Shown here one piece after another: positions 1-9,046 of a DNA stretch of 21,984 bases (positions are counted from its first letter, which is position 1; every line of letters begins with the position of its first letter). Made by a program: the position numbers and the translations under genes. The notes below the pieces were generated by a model. It was not told the DNA's origin and did no database searches. It saw only the letters and a program-made list of their open reading frames with translations. The DNA is from a virus. Taxonomy: Duplodnaviria > Heunggongvirae > Uroviricota > Caudoviricetes. Where the stretch lies: the IMG/VR virus record IMGVR_UViG_3300012979_000028, positions 1 through 21,984 of that record; one strand, written 5' to 3'.

Positions 1-1
1 C

Positions 2-769
2 CCTAATACTGATACAAAAGTTACAAGTGCCGCTAACCATTATACACCAGCCACCGACAGTAGTAGTAAGTTATCTGTTGAAGCAAGTGGTGGAACTGCT
101 GCTTGGTCTATTGATGTTGTAAAGGGAGTAACACTAGATAGAGATGCTAAAGGACACGTAACAGGTCTTAGCGTAACATCCGGTAAACTTCCTGCATACC
201 CAAATACTGATGCTAATGTACTTCAATCTGCATCTACATCTGCAAACTGGAGAAATGTAATGTTAGGTAAGAATGAGGGAAGTTCAGTATCTACAGCAGT
301 TTCAGCAGTTACATCGGGAGTATATCAAACTACAGGATTCTCTTTTCAACCTTCGACAAATAGATTACATACTAGCAGAGTTATTCTAGATCCAGGTTCA
401 GGTAGTACTGGAGATGACGGACTAAGAATTAATAAGGCTTCTAGTGGATGGTCTACTATTACTTTAGGTGGAGATTCAGGATCATTAAGTGGAACTGGAA
501 CAGCAACTTGGAGTGTAGGTAGAAGAGGTGCTAATACTACAGGAACAGCTACTTATGGTCCGGCGGGTAGTTTTTCAATTAACTATGGCGGTATTAATTC
601 TACTACTGGAGTCTGCATTAATAGTAGTGGAACTGTCGTATCTAGTGGTATGGTCTGTGCAAAAACAGGATTACGAGTTGGAGGAACTTATAAATCAACC
701 GCAGTAACAGGTGGTTGTAGACAAACTTATAACTCTACTACACAATGCTTAGAGTTTTCATTTGATTAA
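2..769 (+). CDS. Tail fibre protein, C-terminal part (5'-truncated by window edge)
   Basis: The frame is open from base 2 (PNTDTKVTSAANHYTP...) through the tracked ORF at 260. It is G/S/T-rich, repeats PNTDxxV, and ends QTYNSTTQCLEFSFD, a type of terminus seen in gut-phage tail fibres. Confidence 0.75.
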   Translation, partial: PNTDTKVTSAANHYTPATDSSSKLSVEASGGTAAWSIDVVKGVTLDRDAKGHVTGLSVTSGKLPAYPNTDANVLQSASTSANWRNVMLGKNEGSSVSTAVSAVTSGVYQTTGFSFQPSTNRLHTSRVILDPGSGSTGDDGLRINKASSGWSTITLGGDSGSLSGTGTATWSVGRRGANTTGTATYGPAGSFSINYGGINSTTGVCINSSGTVVSSGMVCAKTGLRVGGTYKSTAVTGGCRQTYNSTTQCLEFSFD

Positions 770-778
770 TAAATAAAG

Positions 779-831
779 TAGGTGGGAAGATAATAGTTCT
801 CACCTATTTTTCTACTACCTCCTTATATGTG
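779..831 (+). promoter_or_regulatory. Intrinsic terminator (779-811) followed by promoter-like motif CTTATATGTG (822-831)
   Basis: Stem TAGGTGGGAA/TTCTCACCTA plus T-tract, then the same 10-mer that recurs upstream of minus-strand genes. Confidence 0.7.
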
Positions 832-851
832 AACTAAAAAATGAGATTAAT

Positions 852-3386
852 ATGAGTTTAGTAGCTTGGTATCCTCTTAATGGAACTAAAATAAACAAAG
901 GAATAGCAGATAGTAATTTAATCTGGGATATAGAGCCTACTTATGTAAAAGATAGATGTACTAGAGTTATGACTTCTGGAAAAGGACATCTAGAGGGTGA
1001 ACAAGTTGGAAAAATTCTAGGTTATAAATTCTCTTATTGTGCTTGGATAAAAGTTACTAGTTCTCTTATTCCGGGGATGATATTTGGAAATGACGGGATG
1101 GGAAATGTTGGAAGTATTGCAGTAAATAATAACAGACACTATACATTATTTCATTATCCCACCCGAAACGATTTTCACTGGTATTGGCAAGTAGATTCAA
1201 CTAATATATCTTCCGCACAAGGAGCAATGGCATGTGGTGGTAGATTAACAGGGTTTTTTCCTGACAATACTTGGGTTCATGTAGCTATAACTTACGGAGA
1301 TGGTTATGTAAGGGTGTATAAGGATGGTATTCAAGTTTTTTCAGAAGCTAATACTAATATAAACCCATCTACTATTTCTACTTTTAAATATGCAACAACA
1401 GTATTTCATAACTTGCCTGGAAGAGAAATAAGTGATGTAAGAATCTATAATCATGTACTATCACCTAAAGAAGTAAGTGAAATATCTAAAGGACTCTGCT
1501 GTCATTATAAGTTGGATAGTTTTGGAGGTAGATATGGAAATAAAAACTTACTAAAGAATTCTTGGTATAATGACGGTATATATATGTATTGGAGTGTAAC
1601 GCCTGATATGACTGGTACACTAGAAGATAATGGAGATGGAACTTATACTAGAAAATTTGTAGTTAATTCAAATCCTCCAGACTGGCATTATACTGGAATA
1701 AGTAGTAATATATTTAATCCGAGTAGTATTAAACCAGCGACTAAGTACAATTTTTCTTTCTGGCTGAGGACTAATCGAAGTAGAAATTTTCAAGTTAGTA
1801 TAATAAGACCAAACGCCACATATATATTAACTAACTATATCTACTTCACTAGTATAGGAGATAATCAATGGCATAAGTATTCAGGAGTATTTACAATTAT
1901 ATCAGAGCCAAATTTTAGTGCAGCTCTTGGAGGTCAGATTATATATTTTTATGGACTAGAACTTGAAGGAACCTATGAATACAAGTGGGTAAAACTAGAA
2001 GAAGGTGAGGAGTCTACTGATTGGTGCTGTAATGAAGCTGATACATTATATAAAAAATTAGGATATAATAATTGTGTTGAGGAATGTTCAGGTTTCGTAG
2101 AAGGTACTTATACTACTCCAGGGAATGTAATACTGACTAAAAATTCTCCTATTCATAACTCTTGCTTTAAGTTAGATGGAGCAAATACAGGTACCATTGT
2201 GTTAAAAGCTCCTTGGGAACCTGATACTGAAATAAGTGAATGTACAATTTCTATCTGGGCTTCAACTACAGTAGTGGAATCTAATTACTGGAATTTTTCT
2301 TATAACAAAGGACTTAGAATTAGACCTTACTATACTTGGTCTGATAAATCTGAATGTTCCCTAGATATTATATACTACGATGGAACTATACAGAGATATG
2401 GAACTATTTCTAGATTACCTGCAGACCTGTTAAGTGGAGTTGTTCATAATATCGTACTAACTTGGAAAAACGGTACATTTAAAGGTTACATCGATGGAGT
2501 GTATAAAGGATTATATACAGTAGAATCTTCAATCCTCAAGCCAAACTCCTCTACTTGTATTCTGGGATCTTTTAATGGAACTTCTGAATGTCAGATTGGA
2601 ATATCTAGTGACTTTAGGATTTATTCTACTGCCCTAAGTGATGAAGCTGTTAGAGAATTATACGAAGTAAGAGAAAATATAAGTAATAAAGGTGATGTAG
2701 GAGCTCTTGACTTAATAGATGACACAGGTTCTATACAACTCGGAAAAACTGGATTAATACATTCTCCTATATTTTCAGAGCTTCCAGTGTACTTTGATAA
2801 TAACCTTTATACAGAACAAGATGGTAGTAAATGGGTTCGAGTAGTTCATCATTCAAATCCTGCAACCTACTTATTTAGTTCTACAGATAATTTTACAGCT
2901 CCTTTCTTTACTGATAATAATAGATGGTGGAATATGCCTTTCTGTAATTACTTAAAAAATGGAAACTGGGAAATAATGATTAAACAAATGACAAGTTCTG
3001 GAGGAGATGAAGTTAAGTATAGGTGGATCCAGTATAGTAACCCAATGACTGCAACCTATGAGAGCGTAGATTGGAATAATACAGAAAGAATACTTAGTGA
3101 AGGTTATACTGCTGCAGATGATCTATACGGAGGACTACATTTAATTAGTGGAAGTTATACCTATATCTGCTGTAATAATGGTCATCCTGGTAATTGGTGG
3201 GGTTCTGTAGGTGCTTTCAATCATCATCAGGGAGGTATTCCAGGGTATAGTAATAAAGTAATTACGACTGGTTATCTTGATGTTTATATTCGTGTAGACA
3301 ATCAATTAACAGATACAGCACAACTAACTAAGGCAACTATAGGAAAAACCGGAATTTGTCAAGGAAGAACTTTTATAGAATACTAA
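852..3386 (+). CDS. Multi-domain tail/receptor-binding protein: LamG (concanavalin A-like) x2, central CBM4/9-like beta-sandwich, C-terminal lectin/fibrinogen-like region
   Basis: LamG signatures HVAITY...VYKDG...ISDVRIYNHVLS and HNIVLTW...YIDG...SDFRIYSTALS; CBM-like NLLKNS...YNFSFWLR...QWHKYSGVF...VKLEEGEESTDW; C-terminal DGSKWVRVVHH. Confidence 0.75.
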   Translation: MSLVAWYPLNGTKINKGIADSNLIWDIEPTYVKDRCTRVMTSGKGHLEGEQVGKILGYKFSYCAWIKVTSSLIPGMIFGNDGMGNVGSIAVNNNRHYTLFHYPTRNDFHWYWQVDSTNISSAQGAMACGGRLTGFFPDNTWVHVAITYGDGYVRVYKDGIQVFSEANTNINPSTISTFKYATTVFHNLPGREISDVRIYNHVLSPKEVSEISKGLCCHYKLDSFGGRYGNKNLLKNSWYNDGIYMYWSVTPDMTGTLEDNGDGTYTRKFVVNSNPPDWHYTGISSNIFNPSSIKPATKYNFSFWLRTNRSRNFQVSIIRPNATYILTNYIYFTSIGDNQWHKYSGVFTIISEPNFSAALGGQIIYFYGLELEGTYEYKWVKLEEGEESTDWCCNEADTLYKKLGYNNCVEECSGFVEGTYTTPGNVILTKNSPIHNSCFKLDGANTGTIVLKAPWEPDTEISECTISIWASTTVVESNYWNFSYNKGLRIRPYYTWSDKSECSLDIIYYDGTIQRYGTISRLPADLLSGVVHNIVLTWKNGTFKGYIDGVYKGLYTVESSILKPNSSTCILGSFNGTSECQIGISSDFRIYSTALSDEAVRELYEVRENISNKGDVGALDLIDDTGSIQLGKTGLIHSPIFSELPVYFDNNLYTEQDGSKWVRVVHHSNPATYLFSSTDNFTAPFFTDNNRWWNMPFCNYLKNGNWEIMIKQMTSSGGDEVKYRWIQYSNPMTATYESVDWNNTERILSEGYTAADDLYGGLHLISGSYTYICCNNGHPGNWWGSVGAFNHHQGGIPGYSNKVITTGYLDVYIRVDNQLTDTAQLTKATIGKTGICQGRTFIEY

Positions 3387-3389
3387 AAT

Positions 3390-4082
3390 ATGGCAATACT
3401 AAAAGATTTACTAATAACTGGAAATGGAGGAACTACTGGAACTCTAAGTCTAGGTGTTAGTGGAGAAATTAAAGAAGGAGATTATAGAGCAGTTGATGGA
3501 GATACACTAGCAAGAGCAACAATGTATCCTCCGTATAAAGAAATAATGTTCGGATCAATTAATGGAGATGGAATTACTTTGCCTATTCCTATTGATACTG
3601 TAGTGATGACAACTAGAGCTATTGTTATCAGATCACTTCCATACCCTGGTTCTGGAGCTACACCTACTGATAATGAAACTAGAGTTCCTAGATATTATCA
3701 GTTGTATGACTCTTGGGATTGGTTAAGAAATAATAACAATATAAGTGCTACTAATCCACTGAAGATATACGTTGTTCAAGCAGTTAATTTTAGAACAGGA
3801 ACAATTTCAGGAGACACTGTAACATTTAGCCCTGTAACCCCTTCAATGAAATGTGGTAATAGTGCTGTTAGTGGTTATAATTTTAATGTCATGGTAGCTA
3901 CTAATTCAACCCTGGTACCTCAATCTACAAGTACTATAACCTGGAGCTGTAGTTTTTCCGGTGATGTGAATGTGATCATGACTGCATTTACGATAACTAA
4001 CAGTGGATCTACTCCTATGACTATTAAGAACTATACTACAATAGAAGAGATAGGGGCAGATGGTTTATTAAAATACCTATAA
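3390..4082 (+). CDS. Putative tail fibre/appendage protein, paralog 1
   Basis: Follows the tail gene by 3 nt; shares DLL[IV]TGN, SGEIKEG, PYK, TRAI and QLYD with the next gene; T/S-rich beta-type C-terminus. Confidence 0.55.
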   Translation: MAILKDLLITGNGGTTGTLSLGVSGEIKEGDYRAVDGDTLARATMYPPYKEIMFGSINGDGITLPIPIDTVVMTTRAIVIRSLPYPGSGATPTDNETRVPRYYQLYDSWDWLRNNNNISATNPLKIYVVQAVNFRTGTISGDTVTFSPVTPSMKCGNSAVSGYNFNVMVATNSTLVPQSTSTITWSCSFSGDVNVIMTAFTITNSGSTPMTIKNYTTIEEIGADGLLKYL

Positions 4083-4085
4083 TTT

Positions 4086-4772
4086 ATGGCTGCGATTTTT
4101 AATGATCTACTAGTAACTGGAAATATTAGAACTACCGGGTCATTTACTGTAAGAGAAAGTGGTGAGATCAAGGAGGGTAACAAAGAAGCAATTACCGGGG
4201 ATATGGTTAATAAGTTTATAAATTATCCCTACAAAAAAGTATTATACCTAGAAAATGGATACGATAAAGCAACTGTTCCAATTATAGTAGATGATATTGT
4301 AAAGAAAACAAGAGCAATATCTATACAAGTACTTAAATTGATTGGAAACAGACAACAACGTAATATTCCTGCTCATTTTCAACTATATGACCCAGACGGA
4401 TGGATAAACTCTTTAACACCTAAAACTCAATCTGCCGTAGTTACATTCTATATTTCAGGCTTTACTAGGTCATCTTTTCCAGGAAGTGCTGAACTTTATG
4501 GAGGACGACAGTACCCTTACACATCCTTCCTGACTATAAACACCTTAAATAACGACTTTAATAATCCTGCAATGACTCTTTCTTGTCAGCCTACATCTTT
4601 TCCTTCCGGACTTTTATTTAAATACACTCTATGGAAAACTCCGAAAATAGATGGAACAGGTTACAGTTATGATTTCTCATTCGATACTGTATATAAAACT
4701 TACGAGTCTATAGTCAGTTCAGGGGATCTTAAGTATTATGCAGGAAATAGTGGAAATGATTATAAGAGATGA
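4086..4772 (+). CDS. Putative tail fibre/appendage protein, paralog 2
   Basis: N-terminal ~105 aa align by eye with 3390..4082; the C-terminal half does not. Confidence 0.55.
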   Translation: MAAIFNDLLVTGNIRTTGSFTVRESGEIKEGNKEAITGDMVNKFINYPYKKVLYLENGYDKATVPIIVDDIVKKTRAISIQVLKLIGNRQQRNIPAHFQLYDPDGWINSLTPKTQSAVVTFYISGFTRSSFPGSAELYGGRQYPYTSFLTINTLNNDFNNPAMTLSCQPTSFPSGLLFKYTLWKTPKIDGTGYSYDFSFDTVYKTYESIVSSGDLKYYAGNSGNDYKR

Positions 4773-5515
4773 TAAACGTAGTAATAATTAACAAATCAGA
4801 TAACTTAGAGGACATAGATAGGATGCTAGAAAGTCTATTAGTCCCTGAAAATAACATTAACAAGATCTTTTATATATCGGATAGATGCTCTAAGGAATTT
4901 AACTATCACTTACTTTCTATTCATAATCCTAAGTTAGTAATCAGAATCCTAGAAGACAACTATGAAGGAAGAAGATCATCAAGCCTTAGAAATATTGGTT
5001 ACTCTTATGCTAGGCTGGATTTCAAGGATGGAGTTTCTGGTGTTTTATTTATAGACGGTGATAGATATTTCTTAGAGGGTAGTACAAAGGATATAGATGA
5101 GAGTGAAATAAATAATATACCAGTAGAGATGTTGAGAAGTTTATCGGAAGAAGAGTTACAAATGTTTAAAAGCGAAATTCTAAACTTATTCTACTCCGCC
5201 TGTGTTTATCTACCTAAAGATGTATGTTTAACTCTAGAAGATCATCAATATAAAGGACTACTATGGAATGAAGATATAGAAAGTATTTGGGGAATTGAAG
5301 ATCTATTTATGGGCAATCAACTTAATATACTAGGCATAGATTATAAGTTCAATAAAAAGATAAAACTGAATGATTCTAAGATGACGGGATATAAAAGTGT
5401 AGAGGATAACTTAGTGAATATGGATTATCTAGTAGAGGCTATCTTAGGTTATAAAGAATATATATCAAAAAAGGAGATTTTTTCAACCAAATCACTTATA
5501 CATGAAAATAACTAA
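4769..5515 (+). CDS. GT-A fold (GT2-like) glycosyltransferase
   Basis: N-terminal VVIIN strand, ISDRCS, LRNIG, DxD motif FIDGD and WGIED motif; ATGA overlap with the upstream gene. Confidence 0.75.
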   Translation: MINVVIINKSDNLEDIDRMLESLLVPENNINKIFYISDRCSKEFNYHLLSIHNPKLVIRILEDNYEGRRSSSLRNIGYSYARLDFKDGVSGVLFIDGDRYFLEGSTKDIDESEINNIPVEMLRSLSEEELQMFKSEILNLFYSACVYLPKDVCLTLEDHQYKGLLWNEDIESIWGIEDLFMGNQLNILGIDYKFNKKIKLNDSKMTGYKSVEDNLVNMDYLVEAILGYKEYISKKEIFSTKSLIHENN

Positions 5516-5527
5516 TTGATAAAACAT

Positions 5528-6178
5528 ATGAACATTCTAGATTACTTAGCAAAAAGAGTAAGCAAGAAAGAGATTATAGAAAAATCTTTATATGCAGATG
5601 GAGTTTTTGATATTCTTAGTTTCTTGTTTGTAGATTTATGGGAATTAATGCAAGAGGAAAATAGATTCTTTGGTATTATTCCAGTCTATAAACAAAGTAT
5701 TCAACGTTCTTTTAATAAAGTTAATTCTAGTATTACTAATTTTGATGACATTGAAGTTTATGGAAAAATTTTATATCTATTTAAACCTATTATTCTAAAA
5801 AATTACAGAAAATTATGCTCTAAACATTTATCTAAAGCGGATGCAGTTATTGTACTAATTAATAAAATATCAGAAGTTCTTGAAAATACTACATGGTTTG
5901 AACATAAGGATGAGTTAAAAGATATTCGCAAAATTGTAGAAAAACTATTTAATAATATTCGAAATAATGCTAAGAATGCTGACCTACTACCACTAATCTC
6001 TTCTATTAATTATTATATGGAACAAGGTTGGGCAGGGAAATCAGCACTACACGATTTTCACATAAAAGAAGAAGATGAATTAAGAAAAAATAAAACACCT
6101 CTCGAAGGAAGTGGTGTTAGATTTACAGAAAGTGATAATGAAAGCATAGTTAGTGAATTAGTATGGAAAGACGAATGA
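5528..6178 (+). CDS. Hypothetical protein
   Basis: Long ORF (track TTG start at 5516; ATG at 5528 preferred); no recognised motif. Confidence 0.7.
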   Translation: MNILDYLAKRVSKKEIIEKSLYADGVFDILSFLFVDLWELMQEENRFFGIIPVYKQSIQRSFNKVNSSITNFDDIEVYGKILYLFKPIILKNYRKLCSKHLSKADAVIVLINKISEVLENTTWFEHKDELKDIRKIVEKLFNNIRNNAKNADLLPLISSINYYMEQGWAGKSALHDFHIKEEDELRKNKTPLEGSGVRFTESDNESIVSELVWKDE

Positions 6179-6378
6179 TTAAAACTCTAATAGTAGGTGA
6201 CTCAGATTTAGATTGTGATTGTGAAAAAGTTACACTAGAGAATATGACTATACTTAACTTAGGATTTATTTGGAAAGACATTGAAGATTACGAATTAATT
6301 GTATATAGTGGTAAACGTGGTACTAAAATTTTAAGATCTAAATATTTTGAAACAGGAAAATTAATAAATACAATATGA
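6175..6378 (+). CDS. Small hypothetical protein
   Basis: ATG at 6175 forms an ATGA overlap with the upstream stop; ends just before the terminator. Confidence 0.65.
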   Translation: MIKTLIVGDSDLDCDCEKVTLENMTILNLGFIWKDIEDYELIVYSGKRGTKILRSKYFETGKLINTI

Positions 6379-6380
6379 AA

Positions 6381-6420
6381 GAAAAAAGAGAGGGACGTAA
6401 AAATCCTTCTCTTCTTTTTT
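6381..6420. terminator. Bidirectional intrinsic terminator at the +/- strand switch
   Basis: A-tract, stem AAGAGAGGGA/TCCTTCTCTT, T-tract, between convergent genes. Confidence 0.8.
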
Positions 6421-7175
6421 TTATTCATCTTTCTTCTTTCTTTTACCTAAGTACTTTCCAACTTGATAACCAGCTTCATTTAGTCCTGTAGTAGTAATTG
6501 GCGCCTTCGCATAACTCAACCAAGCACCCGTCAAGTATTTCTTAGAATCCTTTAAACCTTCTTTATCAAGTCCTAGTTTTTTCAGTTTCTTATAACCACT
6601 TACACTAGCACCTTTTTCGGCAACAAGAACAGGAGCGGCTACTAATGCGGGAGCTAATCTACTACCCCACTTTAAAGCTTTGATTTCATCCTTACCCTCC
6701 TTTTCTCTACTTCCGTTAGCATATCCAGCACTAAAACTACCAATTGGCATTATCATCTTCATAGGTTTATTTATGTTATGATAATGCTCGTGAGCTAGTT
6801 TCTGCAACTTTCCATTTTCTCCATTAAAACTATCGAAATGTCCTAATTCATGAGCAATAGTTGAAGGGGAGGATTGTCCAAACTTACTAAGGTGTAGCTC
6901 TTTCTTCTTTAGATCTACAAACTCTTTGCTAAAATTATCTTTCTCATCTACAAACTTTAATCCCTTCCTCTTTGCCTCTTTTGCTAACTCTCTTATAATA
7001 TTATCATGATCTTTTCTAGCTTCTTCTTCTGCACCTGACTTCATTAAACTGATAGAAGCCTTACCTACTCCGTATCCCGTACCAATAATACCAGCCGGCA
7101 CTATTAAGTTTTTAGCTAGTGTTCTTTCTTATCATCATTCTTATCTGAAAAATACTTCTTTCTAATTATTATCAT
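6421..7175 (-). pseudogene. Frameshifted gene: tag-bearing membrane protein with HExxH motif
   Basis: ATG 7175 reads MIIIRKKYFSDKNDDKKEH* (TAG 7118-7116). The -1 frame carries ERTLAKNLIVPAGIIG... into the tracked ORF. Total span 755 nt, one base short of a multiple of 3. Contains AHELGH and hydrophobic Gly/Ala segments. Confidence 0.6.
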
Positions 7176-7194
7176 CTTTTTATGTTTTTTGTTT

Positions 7195-7254
7195 CACATA
7201 TAAGAACACGAAAAAAAAAATACCCAGAGGAAGGTTTTATACTTCCCCCAGGTG
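7195..7254 (-). promoter_or_regulatory. Terminator (7211-7254) plus promoter motif CTTATATGTG (7204-7195)
   Basis: Hairpin plus T10 followed by the motif and an A-rich leader ending at ATG 7175. Confidence 0.7.
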
Positions 7255-7262
7255 TGAATTAC

Positions 7263-7631
7263 TTACTCCTCATCTTTCTCTTCATCATTCTTAGATTTAG
7301 ATGATTTGTACAGTAAGTATCCGCCTACTCCAATAAGTGCGGTAATTCCTACACCCCACGCAAATCCTCTTGAATATGCTGAAGTTGTAGATTTTTGTTT
7401 CTCCAGCACTTGATAACAAAGCTGGCGATCTTCAGGTCTCATTGTTTCTACCTGACGAGGCTTTCCAAGGATAGGTTTAATCTCCAACTCCTCGTTTTTT
7501 AGACCTCTTTTTCTAAGGAAGTCTAAGTCTTTTAGGACCTCCTCTTTTGTTCCTGCTCCACGGTAAATACCAGAGAAGCCTGATTTCTTCACCTCTACGG
7601 TGAACATACGCTTTTCAAATTCTTTTTTCAT
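7263..7631 (-). CDS. Hypothetical protein with C-terminal transmembrane anchor
   Basis: GFAWGVGITALIGVGGYLLY followed by a basic/acidic tail. Confidence 0.7.
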   Translation of the reverse strand: MKKEFEKRMFTVEVKKSGFSGIYRGAGTKEEVLKDLDFLRKRGLKNEELEIKPILGKPRQVETMRPEDRQLCYQVLEKQKSTTSAYSRGFAWGVGITALIGVGGYLLYKSSKSKNDEEKDEE

Positions 7632-7651
7632 TTTTCTTTTGATTTATGTTT

Positions 7652-8140
7652 TTAATCTTTACTTAATGCAGCAGTAGCTACAGCAGCCACCACTAAACAA
7701 CCCAACCCGATGCAGACTATTTTACCAGTCGTAGACATCGGTTTTTTCTTTTTTACTACATTTCGTAGCTGCTCTTCTGTAGAATCAACTACTTTAGATG
7801 TAGTAGAAGTAACTACTGAAACTGGCTGAGGTGGCGTAACTACAACCACTGTCGTAACCTCTTTAACCTCTTCCGTTACCTTTACTTCTTCGTTTTTCTT
7901 TTCCTCATTACCACCGTTTTCTATGATAGCGTCGAGGATGTCTCCCTCAAGTTCAATTTCCCTGAGAGATTTCTTTCTAAACTCTTCCTTAATAAAGAGC
8001 TTTTCTGAGCCATATTCAAACGACTCTTCTAGTCTAGCCTCTTCAGCATCCTCTTTCTCTGAGAATACTCCAAGCTCTTCAACCTGTTTCTTTGTCTTCT
8101 GTAAATAAAGAACAAAGACTTTTTCTTTTAAACCTTTCAT
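7652..8140 (-). CDS. Hypothetical protein with T/V/P-rich linker and C-terminal transmembrane anchor
   Basis: VTTVVVVTPPQPVSVVTSTTS linker; KKKKP then IVCIGLGCLVVAAVATAAL. Confidence 0.7.
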   Translation of the reverse strand: MKGLKEKVFVLYLQKTKKQVEELGVFSEKEDAEEARLEESFEYGSEKLFIKEEFRKKSLREIELEGDILDAIIENGGNEEKKNEEVKVTEEVKEVTTVVVVTPPQPVSVVTSTTSKVVDSTEEQLRNVVKKKKPMSTTGKIVCIGLGCLVVAAVATAALSKD

Positions 8141-8169
8141 AGTTATTTGTGTTTTTGTTTTTAATTTTC

Positions 8170-8245
8170 TATATATAAGGCTTATCGACGATTGAAAAAA
8201 AAAGAAAAAAATAAAGGCTTTCGATTACTCTACTAACCCTTATTT
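8170..8245 (-). promoter_or_regulatory. Terminator plus promoter motif CTTATATATA (8179-8170)
   Basis: Stem ATAAGGGTT/AGCCTTTAT plus T-tracts, then the motif and an AAAAAACACAAATAA leader. Confidence 0.65.
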
Positions 8246-8247
8246 CA

Positions 8248-8931
8248 TCATAAACTTAAACTTCCTAGAATATTATCAATCTCATCTAGCTTGCTATCAT
8301 TACTGTTTTCTTGAATCTTTTTACTAATAACCTTGTCTATGCTATCATTAGTTTCTTTAATCTTCTTGCTATTAGCTTCAATCTCTTTACCATTATTTCT
8401 AATCTTCTCCACCGACTCATTTATGGTTTTGCCCGCACCCTGATGTCTCTTCTGAATACTTTCTGCTACTTGATCTCTAGCTTTTTCAAGGTTATCCCTG
8501 CTTTCGAAGAATTCATCCAACTCTTTCTCTGCTCCTCTGTAAGATTTATTTTCGATAGCATCTACAGCTTTTTTCGTTTTATCAAACCACTCATTTTCTG
8601 CCTCTTTTACAGCACTTTCCAATTGAGCTAATTCACCTTTTTCTACTAGACTTTTCATTCCTAGCTTTTCTCCAAGTTTTTCATAAGCCCTTCCTACCTT
8701 TCCTTGAATCTTATGACCTAGGAATCCTTTTCTCGCAGCTACTAATCCACCTCCGACAGCAGCAGTAGTTCCAGCGACTCCTAATCCAACTTTTGCTGCA
8801 GTTCCTAGTTTTTTCTTCTTTTCTTCATCTTCTTTAGCCGCTTGATATCCCTCGTTAAATGCCTTCTCTTCTATAGCATTAATAAGGTCTTCTTCACTAT
8901 AGATACTAAATACTTTTCTCGTAATTCTCAT
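8248..8931 (-). CDS. Tag-bearing (MRITRKVFS) membrane-anchored coiled-coil protein
   Basis: Gly/Ala hydrophobic segment VGLGVAGTTAAVGGGLVAA flanked by Lys/Arg, then a long charged helical region. Confidence 0.75.
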   Translation of the reverse strand: MRITRKVFSIYSEEDLINAIEEKAFNEGYQAAKEDEEKKKKLGTAAKVGLGVAGTTAAVGGGLVAARKGFLGHKIQGKVGRAYEKLGEKLGMKSLVEKGELAQLESAVKEAENEWFDKTKKAVDAIENKSYRGAEKELDEFFESRDNLEKARDQVAESIQKRHQGAGKTINESVEKIRNNGKEIEANSKKIKETNDSIDKVISKKIQENSNDSKLDEIDNILGSLSL

Positions 8932-8962
8932 TTTATTTTGTTTTTATAGGTTTATCTTCTTT

Positions 8963-9038
8963 CAATTTTAAGGTACGAAAAAAAAACGATCCGAGAGAGT
9001 GGGTAAAAAAGAGACTCAGTTATCTAAACCAAGCCTCT
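8963..9038 (-). promoter_or_regulatory. Terminator (9005-9038), 18-nt repeat (8986-9003) and promoter variant CTTAAAATTG (8972-8963)
   Basis: Stem AGAGGCTTGGTT/AACTGAGTCTCT plus T6; the repeat is shared with 19539-19556. Confidence 0.6.
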
Positions 9039-9046
9039 ATTACATT

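Noticed and set aside
1-4772. Diversity-generating retroelement acting on the tail genes
   Set aside because: No reverse transcriptase and no TR/VR pair differing at adenines is visible in this window. One could lie outside it.
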